Part shown: positions 8,947 through 19,071 of the stretch, one piece after another
How positions within the stretch are numbered: position 1 is the first letter of the stretch
Layout: the number at the start of each line of letters is the position of its first letter
Assembly: GCA_043737915.1 (NCBI GenBank)
Contig: JAYSZT010000001.1
Span: forward strand, 5,289 to 69,288
Length of the DNA stretch: 64,000 bases
Source: Acidobacteriota bacterium
GTDB taxonomy: Bacteria; Acidobacteriota; Blastocatellia; Pyrinomonadales; Pyrinomonadaceae
Direction: 5' to 3'
Notes under the pieces: generated by a model
Databases searched by the model: none
Told to the model about the DNA's origin: nothing
Seen by the model: the letters and a program-made list of their open reading frames with translations, nothing else
Position numbers and translations under genes: made by a program

Positions 8947-11340
8947 ATGTTCGAACGCTATACCGAGAGGTCACGCCGGGTAATTTTTTTCGCTCGATAC
9001 GAAGCGCTCCAGTATGGGTCGCAGGTCATCGCGCCGGAACACATACTGCTCGGGCTAATGCGCGAGGATAAGAATCTTTCAGCCCGGTTTTTTCCTTTCC
9101 GCCATGGCCTGACGGTCGAAACGATCCGGAAGGATGTCGAGGAACGCATCGTCCTGCGTGACCGCATCCCGCAATCATCTGAGCTTCACCTGTCGGCGAT
9201 CACAAAACGAATACTTTTTTACGCCAACGAAGAAAGCCGACAACTCAAGAATCGTCATATCGGCCCCGAACATCTGCTGCTGGGTCTCGTTCGCGAAGAA
9301 AAATCGATCGCCGCGGAGATCCTTTTCGGCTACGGCCTCCGTCTGCACGATGTCCGCGACGAAATGACGCGGCAGGCAGGCGTGCCCGGTATTTTTTCTC
9401 CGGCGAAAGATACTAGCAAGACGCCGAGCCTCGCCGAATTCACACGCGACCTAACCGTCGAGGCTGCCGAGGGAAGACTCGACCCGCTGATCGGCCGCGA
9501 ACCTGAGATCGAACGCCTGATCGAAATTCTATGCCGCCGCACTAAAAATAATCCGGTTCTGATCGGCGAATCCGGCGTCGGCAAAACCGCCATCATCGAG
9601 GGTCTTGCGCAGCGGATCGTGGAGAAGAACGTACCGAGCTTTCTCGATAGCAAACGCATTTTATCTCTCGACCTTTCACTCGTTGTTGCGGGAACCAAAT
9701 ATCGCGGTCAGTTCGAAGAACGCCTGAAGAAGATAATGGTCGAGCTTCGCGAGAGCGAAGACTGCATCGTTTTCATCGACGAACTCCACACGCTCGTCGG
9801 TGCTGGATCGGCCGAGGGAACGCTCGATGCCGCTAATATTCTCAAACCCGCACTTTCACGCGGCGAGATCCAGTGCATCGGGGCGACAACTCCTACCGAA
9901 TACCGTAAAACCATCGAAAAAGATCGGGCTCTCGAACGCCGGTTTCAATCGGTCAAGGTCGATCCGCCAAATGAGACTGACGCCCTTACCATCATCGAGG
10001 GCATCGTCGAACGCTACGAAGCATTTCATCAGATCCGTTATACAAAAGACGCTTTGGCCGCCGCCGTTCAGCAATCCAACCGATATATCGCGGACAGATT
10101 TTTGCCGGATAAGGCGATCGACGTTTTAGACGAAGCCGGAGCGAGAGCGAAATTGCGGTATCATCACGAGAATCGCGGCGAGCCCTCGTGGAAGGAAACG
10201 GTCGAAAACTGGAAACGCGTCGCCGCGAACGAAGATCAGCTGATCTCATACGAACTGCAGACACTCGAAGATTCGTTCTTCGCCGTCGAGGTCACCCGCG
10301 ACGACGTTGAGGACGTGATCGCCCGCTGGACCGGCATTCCGGTCGCGTCGATCAAGCTCGAAGAAGCCGAAAAATTGATGAAGATCGAGTCAGCTCTGCA
10401 CGAACGTATAGTTTCGCAGCGGCCGGCGATCTCCGCCCTCGCGAGAGCCATTCGCCGTTCGCGTGCCGGGCTCAAAAATCCAAACCGCCCGGTTGGATCG
10501 TTCCTTTTTCTCGGCCCGACCGGTGTCGGTAAAACCGAGGTCGCCCGCGGCCTGGCGGAATATTTATTCGGCTCCGAACGCTCGCTGATTCGTTTTGACA
10601 TGAGCGAATTCATGGAAAAACATTCGGTTTCGAAGTTCATCGGCTCGCCTCCGGGATACGTCGGCCATGAGGAAGGCGGGCAGTTGACGGAGAAACTTCG
10701 CCGTTCGCCATACGCTGTTGTGCTCTTCGACGAGGTTGAAAAGGCTCACCCGGATCTGTTCAACGTCTTGCTCCAAGTTTTCGAGGACGGCGTTTTGACC
10801 GATGCGATGGGCCAGACTGTCGATTGCAAACACGCTATCTTCATAATGACGTCGAATCTCGGTGCCCGCGTGATCCAAAAAAGCGGCACGCTTGGTTTTC
10901 AGGCAAACGCTGCTACCTCGCGGGACAAGCTCGAGGAGCAGGTGTTGTCGATCGTTCGCCAGACATTCGCTCCGGAATTCATCAATCGTCTCGACGAGAT
11001 CGTTCTATTCGACGAACTCGCCGATGCCGACCTGCTGGAGATCATCGATCTGCAGGTCACTCGTCTGAACGCACTGCTTGACGGACGTCAACTTAAAATA
11101 AGTTTGACCGACGATGCGAAGCAATGGTTGATCGACAAGACCTGCGGCGATCGCAGGTATGGTGCGAGACCGCTCAAACGTGCTCTGCAAAAATACATCG
11201 AGGATGAACTGTCAGAAGCTCTGCTTCAGGGTCAGATCGCGGAATCGAGCTCAGTTGAGATATTTTGCAATGATGACGGCCTCTCATTCCGAACGCTGGA
11301 CACCATCACCCCTAAACAGGAGCTTTCGAAAAAAGGCTGA
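8947..11340 (+). CDS. clpC: ClpC-type AAA+ unfoldase (Clp ATP-binding subunit)
   Basis: The 797-aa protein has a double Clp_N repeat ([16 protein letters not shown]..., ...[11 protein letters not shown]) and two Walker A motifs ([18 protein letters not shown]). It has a short middle domain, an LGF tripeptide (GTLGFQ) of the ClpP-docking loop type, and a D2-small domain ([16 protein letters not shown]). Confidence 0.9.
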   Translation: MFERYTERSRRVIFFARYEALQYGSQVIAPEHILLGLMREDKNLSARFFPFRHGLTVETIRKDVEERIVLRDRIPQSSELHLSAITKRILFYANEESRQLKNRHIGPEHLLLGLVREEKSIAAEILFGYGLRLHDVRDEMTRQAGVPGIFSPAKDTSKTPSLAEFTRDLTVEAAEGRLDPLIGREPEIERLIEILCRRTKNNPVLIGESGVGKTAIIEGLAQRIVEKNVPSFLDSKRILSLDLSLVVAGTKYRGQFEERLKKIMVELRESEDCIVFIDELHTLVGAGSAEGTLDAANILKPALSRGEIQCIGATTPTEYRKTIEKDRALERRFQSVKVDPPNETDALTIIEGIVERYEAFHQIRYTKDALAAAVQQSNRYIADRFLPDKAIDVLDEAGARAKLRYHHENRGEPSWKETVENWKRVAANEDQLISYELQTLEDSFFAVEVTRDDVEDVIARWTGIPVASIKLEEAEKLMKIESALHERIVSQRPAISALARAIRRSRAGLKNPNRPVGSFLFLGPTGVGKTEVARGLAEYLFGSERSLIRFDMSEFMEKHSVSKFIGSPPGYVGHEEGGQLTEKLRRSPYAVVLFDEVEKAHPDLFNVLLQVFEDGVLTDAMGQTVDCKHAIFIMTSNLGARVIQKSGTLGFQANAATSRDKLEEQVLSIVRQTFAPEFINRLDEIVLFDELADADLLEIIDLQVTRLNALLDGRQLKISLTDDAKQWLIDKTCGDRRYGARPLKRALQKYIEDELSEALLQGQIAESSSVEIFCNDDGLSFRTLDTITPKQELSKKG

Positions 11341-11352
11341 TGCCGCCACAAA

Positions 11353-11565
11353 ATGTACCGCCGATCTAAATTTATCGAAATACTGCTCGAGATCCGCAAA
11401 GAAATGGCCGCCGAGGCCGATTTCGATGTGGATCTGTTTGCCGAAATGGCCCGCTCCGGCAGCACAACCGTCGCCGCAAAGGAACGCAAGAATATGCGCA
11501 CAGAGAACGTCGAGTTAAAACACGAAGACGAGATCTCACGCATGTTAGGGCAGACCGATCGATGA
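11353..11565 (+). CDS. Small hypothetical protein (70 aa), translationally coupled to the downstream SLT gene
   Basis: The ORF fills the clpC-SLT gap exactly. Its stop overlaps the next start as ATGA (11562-11565). The sequence is acidic and helical with no recognisable domain. Confidence 0.45.
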   Translation: MYRRSKFIEILLEIRKEMAAEADFDVDLFAEMARSGSTTVAAKERKNMRTENVELKHEDEISRMLGQTDR

Positions 11566-12134
11566 TCCGTTACCTTATTTCAATAGTGTTTGTTTTCGCC
11601 GTCATCGCCGGTTCAGGCGCGATATATTTCCCCTCGTATTGGCTTCACCGTTACGATGATCTGATCGATCGGCAGGCAAAGGTCTATCGACTCGACGAAA
11701 AGCTGGTCTGGAGCCTGATATATCAAGAGACGTATTTTCGCGCCTGGAAGGTCGGTGCCGCCGAGGAAGTTGGTCTAATGCAGGTGACGCCGACCGTCGC
11801 TCGCGAATGGGCAAAGGAAACCGGTTTCAAAGAATTTGAAAAGCAGATGTCCGGTAACGTCAACGTATTTCTAGCCGACCCGGAACGCAACATTCAGGTC
11901 GGTTGCTGGTATCTAGAAAAGCTTCGCGAAAAATACCGTGAACGTCCCGCCGAGACAGCGATGACGCTCGCTGCTTTCAACGCCGGTCCGAGCCGCGTCG
12001 AAGAATGGACCAAAGACACCGACACCGCAACACTCACCGAAACCGATTTCGTCTCGCGGATCGGCATCCCATCCACCCGGGCCTACGTCACCTCGATTCT
12101 CGACCGCTACCGGACCTCTACAAACCCAAAATAG
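11562..12134 (+). CDS. Membrane-anchored lytic transglycosylase (SLT domain)
   Basis: It has an N-terminal TM helix and an SLT catalytic region (LVWSLIYQETYFRAW..., GLMQVTPTVAREW, AAFNAGPSRVEEW). Confidence 0.85.
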   Translation: MIRYLISIVFVFAVIAGSGAIYFPSYWLHRYDDLIDRQAKVYRLDEKLVWSLIYQETYFRAWKVGAAEEVGLMQVTPTVAREWAKETGFKEFEKQMSGNVNVFLADPERNIQVGCWYLEKLREKYRERPAETAMTLAAFNAGPSRVEEWTKDTDTATLTETDFVSRIGIPSTRAYVTSILDRYRTSTNPK

Positions 12135-12221
12135 GATCAGTGGGAGATCATTCTGGCTTCGTGCCAAAAGCCGGCACTGTCGATATTTTGTTTTCGTTGC
12201 TCTTTTGTTTTAATTCAAGCT

Positions 12222-13550
12222 ATGAAAATCCTTGCCGCCAACTACGTCCTGCCGATCTCTTCTCCGCCGATAGAGGGCGGAGCCGTTGTTATTGACGGTG
12301 ACAAGATCGTGGCAGTCGGTGCAAGAGCCGATATTGCCGGGCAATATCCGAATGCGGAAGTGCAAGATTTCGGCGAGGCCGCGATCATTCCCGGTTTTGT
12401 AAATTGCCATTCGCATCTTGAGATCACGTCGATGCGAGGTGCCCTCGACGATGTCGAACACGATTTCTCGTCGTGGCTGCTCAAGCTCACGGACATAAGG
12501 GCGAAGCTTTCGGATGAGGACATCATTGCTGCGGCGGTCGATGGTGCGACCGAAGGTGCCCGCTCCGGCGTCACGTGTTTCGGCGATATCGGCCGGATGG
12601 GACCCGCCGGAGTACACGCCCTAAAAACGGTCGGCCTTCGCGGGATCGTTTTTCAGGAGACCGAGTTTTCGCCGGACAATCGAACCGCCGACGAAGACTT
12701 TCTAAGGCTGGCAACTAAATACGAAGGCCTAAAGGCAGAAGAAACTGAACTCGTCAAAGTCGGACTGTCGCCGCATTCGCCATACACCGTTGGGTCGCGG
12801 CTGTTTGAGCTGATCGCTCAATACGCGATTCTAAATCGCGTACCGCTCTCGATCCACGCCGCCGAATCAGGCCACGAGCACGAGCTACTGACACAAGGGA
12901 CGGGTTTTTTCACCTCGGTCTATGAAAAATTCGGCGTCGAATGGGAAAGTCCGCATTGCACTCCGATCGAGTACCTGACGCGTCTCGGCGTGCTTTCGAC
13001 CCAACCGCTACTCGCTCACTGCGTGACCGTCTCCGACAGCGACATCAAGAAAATTGCCGCAAACGGAGCAAAGATCGCTCATTGCCCTAAATCAAACGCC
13101 AAGTTCGGCCACGGCTACGCTCCTTTCGAAGCGTTTTTAGATGCCGGTATCGCCGTAGGGTTCGGTAGCGATTCGGTCGCGAGCAACAACACCTGCGACC
13201 TCATCGAAGAATCACGATTCGCAGCCCTCGTCGCCCGCAATCGCGATTTTGGCACAAGGCCGCACGAAGTAAGGGCGTCCTCTTCACGGAATTTCATCTC
13301 CGCCAGACAAATGCTGGAAACCGCCACGATCGGCGGAGCAAAAGCCCTCGGCCTTGATGAGATGACCGGCACGCTAGACGCCGGAAAACAAGCCGACATC
13401 GCCGTCATCTCACTCGCCGACATCGCTCAGCAACCGATAAATGACGTCCACACGGCAATCATCTTCGCGTCGAATGCGAGAGATGTTATTTCTACAATTG
13501 TTAATGGGAACGAGGTCTACTCCACGGATCTTTCCAGTAGAAGGGGGTAA
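12222..13550 (+). CDS. Metal-dependent amidohydrolase (nucleoside/base deaminase-like, chlorohydrolase family)
   Basis: It shows the HxH metal motif (GFVNCHSHLE), HAAES, AHC..., and GFGSDS (the Asp of the amidohydrolase fold). The substrate cannot be assigned from sequence reading alone. Confidence 0.75.
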   Translation: MKILAANYVLPISSPPIEGGAVVIDGDKIVAVGARADIAGQYPNAEVQDFGEAAIIPGFVNCHSHLEITSMRGALDDVEHDFSSWLLKLTDIRAKLSDEDIIAAAVDGATEGARSGVTCFGDIGRMGPAGVHALKTVGLRGIVFQETEFSPDNRTADEDFLRLATKYEGLKAEETELVKVGLSPHSPYTVGSRLFELIAQYAILNRVPLSIHAAESGHEHELLTQGTGFFTSVYEKFGVEWESPHCTPIEYLTRLGVLSTQPLLAHCVTVSDSDIKKIAANGAKIAHCPKSNAKFGHGYAPFEAFLDAGIAVGFGSDSVASNNTCDLIEESRFAALVARNRDFGTRPHEVRASSSRNFISARQMLETATIGGAKALGLDEMTGTLDAGKQADIAVISLADIAQQPINDVHTAIIFASNARDVISTIVNGNEVYSTDLSSRRG

Positions 13551-13679
13551 AGCTTTTCAGCCAGACGCACACGTTCATCGACCGGCATCGAGATTGCGAA
13601 ATCAGAAACATTCACGATTGAGATGCACATATCCTAAACATACTTCAACAAACGGATATCAACAACGAAAATTTACCCG

Positions 13680-14573
13680 CTATTTGACTTTTACGGATGC
13701 CGCCTCCAGTTCCTTTAACAATTCCGCGGGCGTCCACTCATTGCCGGGCAGGATCTTGTGGACGTTGCCGTCGGGGGCTATGATGGCGGTTCGGAGGGAG
13801 TGATTAAAATTGGTTTTGTCGTTCGGGTCGATCTCGTAACGAAGGCCGAAGAAGTCGGCGATCTTTCGAACCTCTGCGTCCTTGCCGACAGCGAGTTGCC
13901 AGACGGAGAAATCGGGTTTCGCTCCTTTTCCGAGATATCCGAGACCGTACGAACGCAGTTTTTCGGGCGTGTCATTGGCCGGGTCGAATGAGATACTCAG
14001 CAGGCGATATTTGTCTTTCATTTCCAGATCCGCCATTACCTGATTGGCAACATCACTGAAATTTGTTGACATCCTGATGCAGTATTCCGGAAGCGGGCAT
14101 TTAGCGTAGATAAACGTGATCGCCAGAGCCTTGCCCTTGAAATCATTGAACGATACGGGTTTTCCGTCCTGATTTGTGAGCGTGAAATTTGGCACCGGTT
14201 TGCCGAGCTGGGCGAAGTTATCGTCGACCGGCAATGCCTTGCCCGGTATCGGGGCGGCGAGAATGCCGATCTTCTCGAGCCAGAACTCGCCCTTTGCGTT
14301 ATCGACGACGAGTTCGGCACGGATATCCGATCCGGGAAGCAGATCTTCCCAGACCCAATCTTCGCGGATCGGAAAGTCCATCGTCATTTTGGCCATGTAT
14401 CCGGGGATTTCCTCGTGATCAATGTTAGCTTTTTTCGCGGCTTTATCGACCGAGACAACCTTGCCTCTAATTGGATAACGCTTTGCGTCCGCACTTGCAT
14501 TCTCTGCTTTCGGAGCGGAGCCGCAGGCGGTTAATAAAAAAATGGCAATAAAAGCAATCAAAAAATATCGCAT
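13680..14573 (-). CDS. Lipoprotein fusing a CusF-like copper-binding domain to an SCO1/SenC thioredoxin-fold domain
   Basis: It has a lipobox (LLTACGS) and a CusF-like segment (YPIRGKVVSVDKAAKKANIDHEEIPGYMAKMTMDFPI). A SCO-like domain follows with a CxxxxxC motif (FIYAKCPLPEYC) and FDPANDTPE. Confidence 0.7.
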   Translation of the reverse strand: MRYFLIAFIAIFLLTACGSAPKAENASADAKRYPIRGKVVSVDKAAKKANIDHEEIPGYMAKMTMDFPIREDWVWEDLLPGSDIRAELVVDNAKGEFWLEKIGILAAPIPGKALPVDDNFAQLGKPVPNFTLTNQDGKPVSFNDFKGKALAITFIYAKCPLPEYCIRMSTNFSDVANQVMADLEMKDKYRLLSISFDPANDTPEKLRSYGLGYLGKGAKPDFSVWQLAVGKDAEVRKIADFFGLRYEIDPNDKTNFNHSLRTAIIAPDGNVHKILPGNEWTPAELLKELEAASVKVK

Positions 14574-14604
14574 ATTCTGATGATGAATTAGAGAGGCAAA
14601 AATG

Positions 14605-17016
14605 TCATCTCGCCCGCAGATTTTCGTCGTAGATAAACTGGTAAATCCGGTAGCTCGCCATTACTTTATGGACGTAATCTTTCGATTGCGAATAGGCGAT
14701 CTCGGGTACGTATAGATCAGGCAGGTTCGATTCCGAGCGGGCGAGCCAGCGTTTCATGTTGTCGTCACCGCCATTGTAGCTCGCCGCAACGGCCTCGCTC
14801 TGATCCGGAAAAACCTTGAACAGATCGGCCAGATATTGACTGCCGAACAGGATCGCAGTCGGCGGATAGTAAAGCTCGTCCTGCCTGAAACTATCCCGGT
14901 CGAGTTCGCCCGCGATCTTTGCAGCGGTGGTTGAGATAAACTGCATCAGTCCGCGTGCCGCCGCGTACGATTTCGCGTCCGGCTGAAAGCGCGATTCCTG
15001 TCGCATTATCGCGAGCAACAAACGCGGATCGACCTTTCGTGGAACGGCGTATTTCAAGAGTTCGCCCATATACGGGGCCGGGTAAAGCATCTGTAATTGA
15101 TCTCGCGGAATGATCTCGATCGGGTAATCCGCCGGAACTTTTTTCCACAGCGGCTCAACAAACGCAACCGCTCGGTCTGCCCTGTTGCCCAGCTTGTAGG
15201 TTATTGCGAGGTTGTAGGCGTAGTCATTCGAAATCGGCTTTCCCGGCACCTGCTCAAGCTGCAGAGCAGCCTCATCATAGAGACCGAGAAACAGCAATTC
15301 GTCAGCACCGGTCCGCGGCAGATCTTCCGAATTTGCATCCAGGATCTGCTTGCGTCCGGTCTCGAGCGTTTTGAAAGCCGAGATTCCCTGATACATCGGC
15401 AACGTTTTGACCGCGACCTTGAGAGTTTCGATAGCACTTTTTTGAAGCTCAGGTGCCTCGGTCAGCCGAAGAACGGCCTGTGCGTTTCGCCGACGCTCAT
15501 CGGCATCTTTCGCCTTGAGGCCGCCGGTGTAGACGCCAAGCCGCTGGAGGATGAAAGACTTGGCGCTCTCGTCCACCGCCAGAGCTTTAAGCCTTGCAGT
15601 CGCCCGCCAGCCGTAGTATTCGCTACGCCCGTCGGGAATCGAAAGATACGTATCGATCGCTTCGCCGAAACGCATGGATTGTTCGAGAACGAAGCCTTTC
15701 AGGAATTTAACCTCTTCCGTCGAGGCGCTGCCCGGAACAGTTGATCCGCCGAGATCAGGCATCGCGGCTAGAACTTCTAGATCTTTCAAAACTTCCGGAT
15801 ATTCTTTGCGGTTAATTCGGATGCGGATCTGGGCGAATAATGCAGTTGCCTCGGCAACCTTACCTTTGTAGATCCCTTGGGTTTTCGCCGCCCATTTCAA
15901 CGCGTCGCTGTCGTCGCCCTGATCACGCAGAATATCGACAATATTCAAATATGCACGGTGAAGCTTTTCATCCGATGGATATTGTTCGATGAACTTTTGA
16001 TAGCGTGTTATTGCCTCTTTATGTTTGGCGACACGAGCATAGGCTCCGGCAGCCTGCAGCAGAGCGTCTTTCGCCGAAGGGCTACCGGGATACTGTTCCT
16101 GCACCCGCTCGAACCACCGTAGGGCTTCGGCGTAATCGGCCTGCTGAGCATATCCGCGGCCTATCTGAAAGACGGCGTCGGGAGCGATCGCCCCGCTGCC
16201 AAATCTGCCGATGATCGCCTCGAAATGCAGTTTGGCATTCGCGAAGTCGCGGTTAAATTGAAAGATATTCGCCCGCTGTAAATGTTCGAGTTCGTTAAGT
16301 TCGCTAACTTTTTTGCCTGCGTTCTCGGCCCCGACCTCGATCACATCGAGAGTTTTCGCGGCGGTCAGTGCGACGTCGTCCGGCTGGGAAGGATTAGGCA
16401 TTTCGCTGAGGAGCCGGGCGAAAATGTCGCGTGCCTTATCCGTGTTGCCGTTCCTCGCAAGAGATTCGGCGAGTAAGGCCGTGTCTTCGCGAATGAATCG
16501 GACGCTGTCGGAACGTAGTTGTCCGTTCGCCCGCTTGGTATTTGGTGAGGTAAGTATCCGAACCGTTTCATCATAATCGCCGCTCTCAAAAAAGCTTTTT
16601 GCCAGCCTTTCGCGAGCGGCACCAGCGATGAGACTATTCGGCGACATCAGCAGAAGTTGCTGCAGGTACATGCGTTCTAGCCCTAGGTTCCCGGCTTCCC
16701 TGACGATTCGTGAAATATGAAACAGTGCGTATGCTTTTAGGATCGAGTCTCTGGCGACCACCGCCTGGTAATTGACCATTGCCGTGGCGTTATCGTCAAC
16801 TTCGTCGGCCATTCTCGCTAACAGGTAATCGTAATTGTTGAGGCCGAACGCCTTCGCGTCACCGTTCTGCAGATCTCGCAATTCCGCGACCGCGACCGAA
16901 TATTCGCGCGAATCAACGGCTGCTCTGATACGCGTATGGGTTTCGACGGTGCCTTGCGAAAAAATGGGTGAGATCAAGACTGAGAGAAGCAGAGTGATAC
17001 TAAAAATACGGTACAT
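14605..17016 (-). CDS. Soluble lytic murein transglycosylase (Slt70-like, TPR/superhelical N-domain plus SLT domain)
   Basis: The 803-aa protein has a signal peptide and a long TPR-like region. The C-terminal SLT catalytic motifs are LLLAIMRQESRFQPDAKSYAAARGLMQFI and ASYNGGDDNMKRW. Confidence 0.88.
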   Translation of the reverse strand: MYRIFSITLLLSVLISPIFSQGTVETHTRIRAAVDSREYSVAVAELRDLQNGDAKAFGLNNYDYLLARMADEVDDNATAMVNYQAVVARDSILKAYALFHISRIVREAGNLGLERMYLQQLLLMSPNSLIAGAARERLAKSFFESGDYDETVRILTSPNTKRANGQLRSDSVRFIREDTALLAESLARNGNTDKARDIFARLLSEMPNPSQPDDVALTAAKTLDVIEVGAENAGKKVSELNELEHLQRANIFQFNRDFANAKLHFEAIIGRFGSGAIAPDAVFQIGRGYAQQADYAEALRWFERVQEQYPGSPSAKDALLQAAGAYARVAKHKEAITRYQKFIEQYPSDEKLHRAYLNIVDILRDQGDDSDALKWAAKTQGIYKGKVAEATALFAQIRIRINRKEYPEVLKDLEVLAAMPDLGGSTVPGSASTEEVKFLKGFVLEQSMRFGEAIDTYLSIPDGRSEYYGWRATARLKALAVDESAKSFILQRLGVYTGGLKAKDADERRRNAQAVLRLTEAPELQKSAIETLKVAVKTLPMYQGISAFKTLETGRKQILDANSEDLPRTGADELLFLGLYDEAALQLEQVPGKPISNDYAYNLAITYKLGNRADRAVAFVEPLWKKVPADYPIEIIPRDQLQMLYPAPYMGELLKYAVPRKVDPRLLLAIMRQESRFQPDAKSYAAARGLMQFISTTAAKIAGELDRDSFRQDELYYPPTAILFGSQYLADLFKVFPDQSEAVAASYNGGDDNMKRWLARSESNLPDLYVPEIAYSQSKDYVHKVMASYRIYQFIYDENLRAR

Positions 17017-17071
17017 CTACGCTATTTTAGCAAAGTTTGGCAGTTTCCTGTAAAATCAGCTCAAAGTAACT

Positions 17072-18010
17072 ATGACAGCCAAAATATTGAGCGGGAAGGT
17101 GTTCGCAGACGCGATAAAGGCCGAAACTGGTGCTGAGATCGACGCACTGTTGAAGGATCACGGTTTTCGTCCGTGCCTGGTCGTTGTGCGGGTCGGCCTC
17201 GATCCGGCGTCCGAGGTTTATGTCACGAACAAGGTCAAAACTGCCGCCGAACTAGGCATTATCTCTAAACATCATCACCTGAGCGTCGAGACGACGAGTG
17301 AGGAATTACTAGAACTCGTTCGCACACTAAACGCAGATGACGATGTCGACGGCATTTTAGTTCAACTGCCGTTGCCGAGGCACATCGACGAACGCGAGGT
17401 TCTTGAGACGATCGGCCCTGAAAAAGACGTCGACGGTTTTCATCCGGTAAATGTAGGCAAATTGTCGCTCGGCTATCCGGCGCTCGCTCCCTGTACGCCC
17501 GCCGGCGTGATCGAGATATTAAAACGCTCGAATATCGAGATCGCCGGCAAACACGCAGTCGTCGTCGGCCGCAGCAACATCGTCGGCAAGCCGATGGCTT
17601 CGCTTTTATTAAAAGAAAACGCTACCGTGACGATCTGTCATTCACGAACAGCAGACCTGCCAGCCATCACGCGGCAAGCCGACATTCTCGTCGCCGCGAT
17701 CGGTCGCGCCGGGTTTATTCGAGGGGAACACATTCGCGAAGGCTCGACCGTGATCGACGTCGGCATTAATAACTTGAGCGACCCAAGCTTAGCAAGCGAG
17801 TATTTTCCCGCCGAAGATATTGAAAAACGTTCGAAGGCGATCGAAACTCGCGGCTTCACGCTCGTCGGCGATGTAAATCCGAAAGAGGCGGTGGAAAAAG
17901 CGGCATTTTTTACACCCGTACCCGGAGGCGTCGGCCTCCTGACAGTCGCCATGCTGATGAAAAATACCGTAGACGCCGCGAAGGCGAGACGCCCAAAGGT
18001 GAAAAGGTGA
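17072..18010 (+). CDS. folD: Bifunctional methylenetetrahydrofolate dehydrogenase/methenyl-THF cyclohydrolase
   Basis: The sequence contains VVRVGLDPASEVYVTNKVK, DGILVQLPLP, DVDGFHPVN, VVVGRSNIVGKPM and TPVPGGVGLLTVAML. Confidence 0.95.
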   Translation: MTAKILSGKVFADAIKAETGAEIDALLKDHGFRPCLVVVRVGLDPASEVYVTNKVKTAAELGIISKHHHLSVETTSEELLELVRTLNADDDVDGILVQLPLPRHIDEREVLETIGPEKDVDGFHPVNVGKLSLGYPALAPCTPAGVIEILKRSNIEIAGKHAVVVGRSNIVGKPMASLLLKENATVTICHSRTADLPAITRQADILVAAIGRAGFIRGEHIREGSTVIDVGINNLSDPSLASEYFPAEDIEKRSKAIETRGFTLVGDVNPKEAVEKAAFFTPVPGGVGLLTVAMLMKNTVDAAKARRPKVKR

Positions 18011-18136
18011 AAAAAATCGCAAATAAAAATAAATCGATCAACCATGAATTTCCATGTTTTCACGACTCACCATTAAACTTTTCCATTCTTCACTTTTTTC
18101 CCGTTCACCTATTTAACTTTTTCCATTTTTAACACT

Positions 18137-18442
18137 ATGAACTTTGAAGAATATCAGGCAGAAGCCCGTCAGACGGCTCTTTACCCGCGGCGGATGGCGA
18201 ATCTTGAGTATCCGACGCTCGGTCTCGCGGGCGAGGCAGGCGAGGTTGCGAACATCGTCAAAAAGATCCAACGCGATAGCGGCGGCGTCATAACCGAAGA
18301 CACTCGCGGCAAACTGCTCGACGAACTAGGCGACGTCCTCTGGTACATCTCCGCCTGCGCCGACGAACTCGGCCTGACACTCACGCAGGTCGCCGATTAC
18401 AATGTCGCGAAACTTGCGAAGCGCCACAATCGCGTCAAATAA
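18137..18442 (+). CDS. MazG-like nucleoside triphosphate pyrophosphohydrolase (single-domain)
   Basis: The 101-aa protein has the EExxE/D-type helices of the all-alpha NTP-PPase fold (GLAGEAGEVANIVKK, LLDELGDVLWYI). Confidence 0.75.
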   Translation: MNFEEYQAEARQTALYPRRMANLEYPTLGLAGEAGEVANIVKKIQRDSGGVITEDTRGKLLDELGDVLWYISACADELGLTLTQVADYNVAKLAKRHNRVK

Positions 18443-18461
18443 CGACGATTCTATTTTTGTC

Positions 18462-19064
18462 ATGCTAAAGGTCGGTCTCACAGGCTCCATCGCGGTTGGT
18501 AAGACATTTGTTTGCGGCATTTTGCGTGAGCTTGGGTGTCACGTGCTCGATGCTGATCTGACGGCGAGAGAAGTGGTGGCGAAAGGTTCTGCCGGATTGT
18601 CTGCGGTTGTCAGTGCGTTTGGAGAAGACATCTTGACCCCGACGGGCGATCTCGATCGGAAAAAGATGGGTTCGATCGTTTTCGGTGACGAGACGAAACG
18701 ATTACTGCTCAACTCGATCATTCATCCGCTTGTTTTCGAAACGCAGGATCGATGGCTACGTTCGGTCGAATCGAGCGACCCCGACGCTATCGCGGTGATC
18801 GATGCCGCTCTAATGATCGAGTCCGGAGGTTACAAACGCTTTAACAAAATAATTGTCGTCTGGTGCGAACCTGAGGTACAATTAGCTCGGTTAATGGAGA
18901 GAGACGGTCTGAATGAGGCAGACGCCAGGCTGCGGATCGCCGCACAGATGCCACAGGAAGAAAAAAAGCGAGTCGCCGATTACCTCATTGATACGTCTCC
19001 GAGTGGCGAATCGGCCCGCGATCAGACCGCAGCGATTGTGCGTCAGCTAAAATTATTTTTCTAG
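18462..19064 (+). CDS. coaE: Dephospho-CoA kinase
   Basis: From the ATG at 18462 the protein begins MLKVGLTGSIAVGKTFV (P-loop), followed by DADLTAREVV and IIHPLV. The track start at 18402 would overlap the mazG-like gene. Confidence 0.88.
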   Translation: MLKVGLTGSIAVGKTFVCGILRELGCHVLDADLTAREVVAKGSAGLSAVVSAFGEDILTPTGDLDRKKMGSIVFGDETKRLLLNSIIHPLVFETQDRWLRSVESSDPDAIAVIDAALMIESGGYKRFNKIIVVWCEPEVQLARLMERDGLNEADARLRIAAQMPQEEKKRVADYLIDTSPSGESARDQTAAIVRQLKLFF

Positions 19065-19071
19065 GTAGATT

